A stretch of 64,000 bases of DNA from Octopus sinensis (taxonomy: Eukaryota), in assembly GCF_006345805.1 (NCBI RefSeq), contig NC_043000.1, positions 22,692,001-22,756,000 of the forward strand, read 5' to 3'. Under the pieces are notes generated by a model. It was not told the origin of the DNA, searched no databases, and was given only the letters and a program-made list of their open reading frames with translations. This document shows positions 35,331 to 45,231 of the stretch, in pieces. Each line of letters starts with the position of its first letter. Positions within the stretch are counted from its first letter, which is position 1. A program made the position numbers and the translations under genes.

Positions 35331-38300
35331 CTGCAATGAATAATACTTAATATTGAAGACAAATAAAGCAAAAATCAAGTTCTTAGTAAGAGGTTATCAC
35401 TATTTCTAGTAATTGTAACAAAGCTTAGTTCTCTTTGGCTTACTAAAAATTCAGCTTCAAAACTAGGGTTATTCACCAATACTGTCTATGCATCTATCAT
35501 GAAGATAATGTTTCAGTCTCTAATTAATTTTAGTTAATATCAGTTTAAAGGTAGAGTGGCATTAAATGATAAAAATGCTGGACAACTAACCTAGGATTAT
35601 AATAAAATTTTCGTTGCATCTTGCAAAAATTTTAAGAAAATAAAAATAAGAAATAAGTGGAAATTTTACCGGTGAGTGTGTTAAATTATAAGGCACAAAA
35701 AGAAAATGACTCTCCCCAGACACAACAGAATATGCTTCAACACACGAATTCACATAAAGAATCTTGCAAACCAAATCCAAAAACGAAAGATAAGTAAGTT
35801 ATTTTACTAAATTCTTTGTTATATTTAAAACTGATTGAAAGAAACACAGAGCATCTCAAAATAAATATGGTAACAAAAGGGTTAACAAATGATTAAATTA
35901 ACCCTTTTGATACCAACCCAGCTGAAAGTGCCTCTGGCTCTGTAGTACAAATGTCTTGTTTTCATAAGTTTTGAATTAAAAACTTCCACCAAACCTTAGT
36001 CACAATTTACGTTCCTAATACTAGCTTAATGATAACTAAGTTCTGTTGTGTCTGGGGAGAGTCATTTTCTTTTTGTGCCTTATAATTTAACACCCTCACC
36101 AGTAAAATTTCCACTTATTTCTTATTTTTTATTTTTATTTTCCGAAAATTTTCGTTGTGTCTTGCAACCTTTTCAATAGTCAAGACTATTGAAAAGGTTG
36201 TAAGATGCAACAAAAATTTTAGGAAAATAGTAATAAGAAATAAGTGTGAATTTTACTGGTGAGGGTGTTAAATTATAAGGCACAAAAAGAAAATGACTTT
36301 CCCCAGACACAACAGAATATGCTTCCACACACGAACTCATAAAGAATCTTGCAAACCAAATCCAAAAACAAAAGATAAGTTATTTTACTAAATTCTTTGT
36401 TATATTTAAAATTGATTGAAAGAAGCACAGAGCATCTCAAAATAAATACAATAATGAAAGGGTTAAGCATCAAATGTCTATGAGAGTCCAGTAGAATAAA
36501 ATAGAAACCAAAGAGGTTGACAGATAAAAAAGGTGACTGAGATCTGCTGTGTTAAACTAAACAATTTAAAACACTTAATAACTTACCCAGAAAACATCTT
36601 TCAATTCGGTGTGCCAACATATCCGCTTGTTTTTCGTCATCAGAACAAAGACCAAAGTTTTCATAGCCGTCATAATCATCTAAAAATACAAAACAGAGGG
36701 AACAAAATTAATAATACATGGAAACATATCTGGATGATTCTATCAACACAATAAAAATGGGGAAGCATCTTTTGTGGTCATTACATTGGTTACAAATGGC
36801 AGAGAATTACCTGAAATCACATCAAATTATTTTAAAAAGGAACGATGAATTGATAACTGGCCCCTTGTTGGTTATGACAACGAGGGCTCCAGTTGATCTG
36901 ATCAATGGAACAGCTTGCTTGCGAAATTAACTATGATTTCACTTGACTGAGCCCTCCATAGACATGCATACCCATAACATAGTTCTCAAGGAGTTTCAGC
37001 ATGACACAGAATGTGACAGTGAGGTCATTGCCAGTGCCGCTGGACTGGCTCCTGTGCAGGTGGCACGTAAAAAACACCATTTGAGCGTGGCCGTTGCCAG
37101 TACCGCCTGACTGGCCCTCGTGCCGGTGGCAAATAAAAGCACCCACTACACTCTCGGAGTGGTTGGCGTTAGGAAGGGCACCCAGCTGTAGAAACTCTGC
37201 CAGATCAGATTGGAGCCTGGTGCAGCCATCTGGTTCGCCAGTCCTCAGTCAAATCGTCGAACCCATGCTAGCATGGAAAGCGGACGTTAAACAATGATGG
37301 CATGTACTACTAATTTTTGCTAGCTGAGCAGACTGGAACTGTTGAGTCAAGTGAAATTGTAGTTGTGGCCGATGCCAGTGCTGCCGGACTAGCACCTGTG
37401 CTGGTGGCACATAAAAGGCACCATTTGAGCATGGTCAACGCCAGTGCCAGAGGCACGTAAAAAGCACCATTCAAGTATGGTCAATGCCAGTGCTGTGTGA
37501 CTGGCCCTTGTGCCGATGACATGTAAAAAGCACCATTCAAGCATGGTCAATGCCAGTGCTGCCTAACTGTCCCCAACATAAAAAGTACCACTTGAGTGTG
37601 GTCAATGCCAGTGCCGCCTGACTGGCTCTCATGAACCATTCGAGTGTGGTCAATGCCAGTGCTGTCTGACTGGCCCCCATGTAAAAAGCACCATTTGAAT
37701 GTGGTCAATGCCAGTGCCACCTGACTGGCCCCCATGCCAGTGGCATGTAAAAAGCTCCCACTTACACTCTAGGAGTGGTTGGTGTTAGGAAGGACATCCA
37801 GCTATAGTAACCAAGCCAAATCAGACTTGAACCTGGTGCAGCTCTCCGGCAGCCTGTTCTGGTCAAACCATTCAATCCTTGCCAGCATGGAAAATGGATG
37901 TTAAAGGATGATGAAAATGATGCTTATTTTTAGAACGACACTGTAAGAGAGGCCAAATCTGGCTAGTTTGAACACAAAGCAGGTATAATATTCGGTTTAA
38001 AAAGCTAAAATGATAATAGGCTAGTTGGGGTTTAAAAAGCTAAAATGATAATAGGCTAGTTGGGGTTTAAAAAGCTAAAATGATAATAGGCTAGTTGGGG
38101 TTTAAAAAGCTAAAATGATAATAGGCTAGTTGGGGTTTAAAAAGCTAAAATGATAATAGGCTAGTGGGGTTTAAAAAGCTAAAATGATAATAGGCTAGTT
38201 GGGGTTTAAAAAGCTAAGATGATAATAGGCTAGTTGGGGTTTAAAAAGCTAAAATGATAATAGGCTAGTTGGGGTTTAAAAAGCTAAAATGATAATAGGC

Positions 38301-41300
38301 TAGTTGGGGTTTAAAAAGCTAAAATGATAATAGGCTAGTTGGGGTTTAAAAAGCTAAAATGATAATAGGCTAGTTGGGGTTTAAAAAGCTAAAATGATAA
38401 TAGGCTATTGGGGTTTAAAAAGCTAAAATGATAATAGGCTAGTTGGGGTTTAAAAAGCTAAAATGATAATAGGCTAGTTGGGGTTTAAAAAGCTAAAATG
38501 ATAATAGGCTAGTTGGGGTTTAAAAAGCTAAAATGATAATAGGCTAGTTGGGGTTTAAAAAGCTAAAATGATAATAGGCTAGTTGGGGTTTAAAAAGCTA
38601 AAATGATAATAGGCTAGTTGGGGTTTAAAAAGCTAAAATGATAATAGGCTAGTTGGGGTTTAAAAAGCTAAAATGATAATAGGCTAGTTGGGGTTTAAAA
38701 AGCTAAAATGATAATAGGCTAGTTGGGGTTTAAAAAGCTAAGATGATAATAGGCTAGTTGGGGTTTAAAAAGCTAAAATGATAATAGGCTAGTTGGGGTT
38801 TAAAAAGCTAAAATGATAATAGGCTAGTTGGGGTTTAAAAAGCTAAAATGATAATAGGCTAGTTGGGGTTTAAAAAGCTAAGATGATAATAGGCTAGTTG
38901 AGATTTTTCCAGCTTACCCTCATCACTGTTTTTTTCATTAGGGTCGTAGAAGTGGGGATCTTCGTCAGGATAGTCATTTCTCCAGTTGTTTTCGTCATTG
39001 CTGTCTGAATCTTCCTCGACATATTCATCAGAATCAGACAATCTGTCATCCATCAAAATCTGCTCATACAGTTCAATGGACGAGGTGCTCTCAAGCCAGC
39101 GATAATCAAATCCCGAACGGTTTATATAATACAAATCATACACATATTCTCCGTTTGTGGTGTAATGTACCTTTTCCCTTTCCATGGGGACTGAATTGCA
39201 GGTGACAACATCCTTCTGCTGGGGCTGAAAGATAAGCAAGAAAACTACTAATGACTCGAAAACTCATCAAATGATCAAATACAAACTTTGACAATGCTTT
39301 ACTAATCAAATGGAATTTTCAATAAAGCTTTAATATGGAAATACTAGAATGTTATACAAATTAAGATATTTATTATTTTGTTCTTTTACTATTTTTACTC
39401 ATTAAATTGTGGTCATGCTGGGGCACAATGTTCAAGGGTTTTAGTGCATATATAAAACCCCCAGGATTGGACTTTTATGTATGGTTGAGTTAATCTACAT
39501 TAAAACTCACAAAAGTGGAGGGATATATATATATATATATATTGATTGATTGATTGATTCTAGTTTCAGCTTATGAGCTGTGGCCATGCTGGGGCACCGC
39601 CATTTATATATATATACATATAAATTTTTTTTGTAATGTGATAAAAAAGCAAGGCTGTGTAGATTTTTATATATATATATATATATATATATCATCATCA
39701 TCATTTAACGTCCATTTTCCAAGTTAGCATGAGTTGGACGGTTCGACTGCGGTCTGGTAAGCCAAGGAGGCTGCACCAGGCTCTAGTATGATTTGGCAGT
39801 GTTTCTATAGCTGGATGCCCTTCCTAACAAGGATAAGCATATTAAAAGGGGTCCATGGGGAAACTCATTTAAATGAAAGGGGTCTTTGGTAATGAAAAGG
39901 TTGGGAACCACAGCCATAGGAGGGCACAGCTCTTGAATGCAGAACATCACCATCATCATCATTTAATGTCTGTTATCCATGCTGGACGGTTTGACAGCAG
40001 CTAGCAAGCTGGAGAGCTACACCAGGCTCCAATTGTCTGTTTTAGTATGGTTTCTATGGATGGATGCCCTTCCTAATACCAACCACTTAACAGGAATTTA
40101 CTGGAGTATTTTACAGGGCACCAGCACAGGTGCTGTTTACAAAATTAAAGGTAGGTAACTCTGAAAGAAGATTAACTCAATCACTCACTAAACTGAGTCC
40201 AACATTGGGATTGATATAAATGCACTAAATATGTAGAGAACAAATGTTTCATTAATTTCCAGTGCTTAGTTCAAGGCGAATGATAGATTGCCACCAGTAT
40301 TTGACTGGTACTTAGTTTATCAACTCTAAAAAACTGACAGGCAGAGCTGACCATAGCAGGATTTGAAGCCACAAACTAAAGAGTCTTAGTGAAATAATAC
40401 AAACCATTTTGCCCAATAGGCTATCAATTTTAACAAACCCAAAATATTGATTTCAAATTTTGGCACAAGGCCTGCAATTTTTGTGGAGTGGGTAAGTCAC
40501 TCATATCTATCCCTGTGCTCAATAAGTACTTATTTTATCAACCCTGAAAGGATGGAAGGCAAAGTCAACCTTGGTAGAATTTAAACTTAGAATGTGAAAA
40601 TGGACAAAATGCCGCCAAGCATTTCACTTGGTGTGCTAACGACTCTGTCGGTTTACTGCCTTCTATTCCCCAAATATTAATTTATAATATAGTTACAGAG
40701 CCACAAATTTCGTGGGTACTGTTCATTGTCGTCGTTTAACATCTGTTTTCCATGCTGGCATGGGTTGGATGGTTTGACCGAGGATTAGCAAGCCAGAAAG
40801 CTGCTCTAGGCTCCAGTCTGATTTGGCAAGGTCTCTACAGTTTGATACCCTTCCTCACGCCAAACTCTTCAAGAGCATAGTGAGTGCCTTATATGTGCTA
40901 CCAGCATGGGAACCAGTCAGTCAGAACTGGCATAGGCCATGCTCAAATGGTGCTTTTTACATACCACTGGCATGGGTGCCAGTCAGGTGGCATTGGCATC
41001 AGTCACACTTGAATGGTGTATTTTACATGCCAGTCAGGCAGAACTGGCATTTCCACACTCAAACGGTCCCTTCTACATGCCACTGGTACAGGCTTAATTG
41101 ATTAAATCAAATTCTATATACTTAATTTTATTGAGCCTGGAAGGATGAAAAGCAAAGTGGATCGTAATGAAGTTTGATTTGGAAACATAAAAAGGATGAA
41201 AATTCAATGGTGCAAAGTGACATTTTATGTAACATTTGTTAAACCATGATGAAAGAAAGAAAAAAAAAAAGACTAATGGAAAACTCACATTTGCAGCAAT

Positions 41301-41620
41301 GGGGACCACATCCTGTTCAATATCATACAGAACATATAATTTGTCACTGACAGGGTCAGTCTCAGTTTCTTTGGTAGCATCTTGCGTTTTTTGTGAAGTA
41401 GTTTCATCGTCAACATTTACAGAATCAATTGTATCCAATTCTGGGCTCCTGTGTTTTGAAACAACAAAATATCGTTTGTTCTTTGATGATGCCTGGGAAA
41501 TGGTGCGGCTTCTAACAGTAGGATCCTGGCAAGCATGACGTTTATATTCTTTCTCTAGTTTTTCCTTCTTGATTGCTTTACGAATGTGCTGTGAAATAGC
41601 ATCTGTCTAAAAGAAAGGAA

Positions 41621-41655
<35 letters not shown>

Positions 41656-43259
41656 GATATACATATACACACACAGATATACCGTATTTTAACGGGTATA
41701 AGGAACCCCTAAATTTTTTAGGCTTAAAATTTTGAAAAAAGGTTTTGTAAGGGATTATAATATTATCCATTTATAAGAAACTCCCATATTTTTTAACCTA
41801 ATTTTTGACAAAAAAGGGTTACTTATACACGTTAAAATATGGTATATATATATATACACATTTATTCACTCATTGTACACTGTACTTGGTGTTTTGCTTA
41901 CTTAGTGCCAATAAATATAAGAGGAATCAGAATAATACTCACCAAAGTGGAGGGATTTTCTAACTTTGAAGTTATGATATGTAAAAAGGGTTAATATCTA
42001 GATCCGCACCCGGTGGGAAAAATGGAAACGAAATGTGTAACAGTTGTAAGGCATCGTATATTAACCGTAAAAAGTACCCCAGTTCAGAACTGTAAGTCTT
42101 GGATTAAAACCTGTGAGAAATAGAGCTAAACCACCTTTAAGGTACACCTTACCGTATTGAAATGGAACACATTGGGTAACATAGCCCTAGATTCAAAATA
42201 CCCTTCAAAAGAAGGGCAAGATAGTTACGCTTTGAATAACTTTGATCGTGGATCGGCGCTTCTTCGTTTCCATGTCTCCATGAAAGTGAAAGTATTGTGA
42301 GAAGTCGCTGTTTTCCAGCACAAAAACGGAAATAGTTTCCATGAGTGAAAAGTTAGAGTTTTATTAAGATAATAAATGCAAATGATAAACGGACCAAATA
42401 CCTATTCCTTTACTACCCACAAGGGGCTAAACACAGAGGAGACAAACAAGGACAGACAGACAGACGGATTAAGTCGATTATATCGATCCCAGTGCGTAAC
42501 TGGTACTTTTTTAATCGAGCCCGAAAGGATGAAAGGCAAAGTTGACCTCGGCGGAATTTGAACTTAGAACGTAGCGGCAGACGAAATGCCGCTAAGTATT
42601 TCGCCCGGCGTGCTAACGATTCTGCCAGCTCGCCGCCTTAAACGGATCAAATACCTTTAAATAATTGTTCAAACACGATCTGATCTATTTCAATAGTGAT
42701 AGCAGTGGTTTGAATTAGATTTTGAACAACACGCAAATAATATAGGAGATCAATGAAATGCAGAAAGAAGTTTGTTTTCTTTGCGAAAATGTATGTTTAT
42801 ACATACATCGGTAAACTGCATGTTAACATGGTATTTTGAATCGAGGGCTATGTTACCCAAACAGATCCATCAGTGTGATGCGAATCTTCAGTGAGCTTTA
42901 TTTCTTCACCATAACAAGGACAAGTAAATTATGCCTTTTACTTTCACGGAGACCTAGAAACGAAGAAGGGTCCATAGCCAACCTAAGTTGGGGGCTGACC
43001 AGCGACAAAATAATAACAACAAAACCTGCCAACATCGATGTTTGTGTTTAGGCCTCACAAGAAAATCACATGGTTACAAGTTTTATTCGAAAGATCTTAC
43101 CTTATCAACAACAGTTCCGGCAAACTTTAATTCTGTAGTAACAATATCCTCATTAGGTGTATTCACATTCTCAATCAAGCGATTCTTTTTACAAGAAACA
43201 ACAATATTTTCCAAAGGTCCATCGGAAATACGACGTTTCACACGAATAATCGCCGCCAT
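35149..43259 (-). CDS. SLC7A6OS: SLC7A6OS / Iwr1-family RNA polymerase II nuclear import factor; spliced CDS join(43259..43101, 41606..41289, 39224..38918, 35330..35149), 321 aa
   Basis: All three introns are GT-AG with consistent phases (0,0,1) and the joined frame is open. N-terminus MAAIIRVKRRISDGPLENIVVSCKK matches the family start; YVYDLYY and EEDSDSNDENNWRNDYPDED match the Iwr1 domain (PF08574) as recalled; C-terminus RSYEQYKKDMLKQ. Confidence 0.93.
35604..35885 (+). mobile_element. Family E unit joined to the right half of a TTAA-MITE
   Basis: Same composite junction as at 36200-36466. Confidence 0.7.
35898..36466 (+). mobile_element. piggyBac-like TTAA MITE interrupted by a family E fold-back (36043-36373)
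   Basis: TTAA|CCCTTT ... AAAGGG|TTAA ends; insert arms 36043-36181 / 36184-~36325. Confidence 0.82.
37020..37920 (+). mobile_element. Two SINE family C copies (37020-37300, 37350-37920) in SLC7A6OS intron 3
   Basis: Family C modules and tails. Confidence 0.85.
37994..38900 (+). repeat. 35-bp minisatellite, ~26 copies (GGGGTTTAAAAAGCTAAAATGATAATAGGCTAGTT)
   Basis: Directly visible, nearly invariant tandem array in SLC7A6OS intron 3. Confidence 0.98.
38918..39224 (-). CDS. SLC7A6OS: SLC7A6OS coding exon 3 (Iwr1 domain)
   Basis: Acceptor TCTTTCAG, contains YVYDLYY and SNDENNWRNDYPDED, donor G|GTAAGC (phase 1). Confidence 0.93.
39690..41090 (-). mobile_element. Cluster of SINE C (39690-39830, 39945-40130, 40725-41090) and SINE B (40440-40665) copies in SLC7A6OS intron 2
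   Basis: Family-diagnostic blocks, all in minus orientation. Confidence 0.75.
41289..41606 (-). CDS. SLC7A6OS: SLC7A6OS coding exon 2 (TDAISQHIRK...VVPIAAN)
   Basis: Acceptor TTTCTTTTAG, 106 codons open, donor GTGAGT, phase 0/0. Confidence 0.88.
41682..41842. mobile_element. pogo/Tigger-type MITE, family 'CCGTATTTT'
   Basis: TA|CCGTATTTTAACGGGTATAAG ... CTTATACACGTTAAAATATGG|TA. Confidence 0.88.
42400..42640 (-). mobile_element. SINE family B (young copy) in SLC7A6OS intron 1
   Basis: Near-consensus, CpG-rich. Confidence 0.88.
43101..43259 (-). CDS. SLC7A6OS: SLC7A6OS coding exon 1 (MAAIIRVKRR...FAGTVVDK)
   Basis: ATG at 43259, 53 codons, donor AAG|GTAAGA. Confidence 0.9.
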
Positions 43260-43358
43260 GATTCTAAATTTGAATTCCGAGAATTCAGGAAGGGAGATAA
43301 CTTCAATTTCTTCCCATCACATGGACGCGTAGATTTTCATTTATAACATAGGAACGTG

Positions 43359-43597
43359 GGTACTACTTGAGAACAGTGGTCCCGGTGCGCGCACTCGCAT
43401 ACTCGCTAGCTAGTCACGACTAGTTGATCATTACTTTGTGTTTTTGAGTGTTATTTACTTTGTTTAAAAAATTATTCACTTTGTGGGTTTTTGTGTTTTA
43501 TTTACTTTGCTAGGTAGTCGTTGTAGGATCAACTAGCTAGCGCTGATGCGCGACTACGCGAGTGCGCGCACTGAGACCACTGTTCTCAAGTAGTACC
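43359..43597. mobile_element. MULE/Mutator-like MITE, 239 bp
   Basis: 23-bp perfect TIR GGTACTACTTGAGAACAGTGGTC extending imperfectly to ~45 bp; 9-bp TSD AGGAACGTG / AGGAAGGTG. Confidence 0.82.
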
Positions 43598-43801
43598 AGG
43601 AAGGTGTACATCTTTTAGAACATTGTCATTTTATAAGATTTTGCTGACAATTTTTTAAATTAACATAAACGTTCATTTACATAAAAGAAAATTACAGGAG
43701 AACTTTCATCTAATTCTCCCAAATCTTTCAGTTAAAACTATTGAAACGATTTGTGGGGAATTATTTTTTTTATTACAGCGACTGGTCGCACGCCAGAAGG
43801 T

Positions 43802-44215
43802 TTAAAGGAACCTACTAAAGCAAGCCAGGACGCTAGCAGCATTACCACGGGCGATGGCGAGGCTAAGGCGTTGGAAAACCCAAGCGCCCCCACGGGCATC
43901 ACCTGATACCTCGCTGAGGCGAGCTGCCAACGTTGACAAGAGCTTCGCGGTTAGTGACCCAGTCCCTCCGAACGGCTCAAACGTCACAAGCTGGAAAAGA
44001 TAGTTCACTGTCTGGTCCCGATACTTCAGGGTTTTCTTCCGTTCGGCTACGGGAGCAGTGACCCTTTACATTAACTGCAGCATCCGGGATGTGGGATGGA
44101 GCAAAGGAGTCGCAGACTGGTGTCCCAAATGAGGCACCTACCTCTAACCGAGGGGCAGAGGGTAAGACCATCTGGTCTCTTTCCATCACTTCTGGATAAT
44201 CCCAACGGTTCCAGA
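43802..44215 (-). pseudogene. 3' end of a CRE-clade-like non-LTR retrotransposon (restriction-like endonuclease domain), frameshifted
   Basis: [28 protein letters not shown] / VCDSFAPSH / AERKKTLKY...FEPFG...FQRLSLAIARGNAASVL: PD-(D/E)xK RLE motifs, two frameshifts. Confidence 0.85.
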
Positions 44216-44957
44216 ACTGAGGAGATATTTATTCATTTATTCGAGCCAGGACCCGCTTAACGATTAGGTTTAGCTCGGTAGACCTCGGTAGACTGAGTAC
44301 ACCTCTAATGTTGGCAACAGGCAGGGTATCAATCCAGTCCCCTGAGAATTTTGTACTAGCTGAAAGTAGGCGACACCTTGAAAATTGATCAAGGAGAGTG
44401 TTGAAAGTGGTACCCGAACGCAGAATGAGGCGTAAGTAAGCAACAAATGAATAAAACTTGCAATAAAGTTGTAATTTAATCTACAATTTATGAATGCTAT
44501 ATACTGACTTCGTTCGTGGTGAAACGCATGTTTATTCATTGTTTTAATTCGTTGAGAACTGCGCACTAATGCTAGAAAATGCTTTCCAGGACGTGTTCCG
44601 AAACTGATGTAACTTTTAGTTGTTTCTTCGGATGAGAAAGAATGGGAAAGCAATCCATTATTAGAATTTTATGAACTTATGAATATTTAATAATATTTTT
44701 GTGTATAATATGGCTTCAACAAATTCTTTATTATTTATATGAGACCGTTTGAGTCAATGAAAGAACCCCAACATGGTCGTTCGATCTGCTGGAAATAGTC
44801 GTCAAATCTTCGAATCTCGCCCTATCGAATTAAAAAAAGACTTGTTAGATAATGTTTTGGGTTCCCTGGAAACGGAAAAAAACATGATGAAGATTGAGAT
44901 GTCTTCATAGGTTTGTTCAATCAGAGCTGACCTGCGGCTTAACAACAACACGAGACT

Positions 44958-45134
44958 GTAAGTAAGAAACAAAATCAGTTTTTTTAACTCATCAGATGTA
45001 AACCATCTGCACTCACAATCCTTCACGTGAAACGAAATTTTATACAATCCATAGTTTCGCTCACCAGTCTTCGTAATTCTAATTCCAAGTTTTTTTAGGA
45101 TCGTTTCATTTTAATTTTCTGTTCCATATTTTAG
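44958..45134 (+). other. Putative 5'-UTR intron of OXA1L
   Basis: GTAAGT at 44958 and polypyrimidine TTTTCTGTTCCATATTTTAG ending at 45134, 22 nt before the ATG. No transcript evidence. Confidence 0.55.
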
Positions 45135-45156
45135 ATGTAACCTGTTATACAACATC

Positions 45157-45231
45157 ATGGCTACCTGCATGGGGCATGTGCGTTTATTTGATATAACGAG
45201 AAGAATTTCTCGAACAGTATGGACTCAGAAG
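45157..45231 (+). CDS. OXA1L: OXA1L coding exon 1 (MATCMGHVRLFDITRRISRTVWTQK)
   Basis: ATG in context CATCATGG, 25 codons, donor AAG|GTAATT, in phase with the next exon; presequence-like. Assignment is inferred. Confidence 0.75.

Noticed and set aside
37994-38900. CRISPR-like appearance of the 35-bp repeat
   Set aside because: Units are directly adjacent with no unique spacers, no cas genes, eukaryotic intron.
44773-44910. 45-codon ORF MVVRSAGNSRQ... as a separate small gene
   Set aside because: No homology recognised; length compatible with chance; kept only as a possible uORF.
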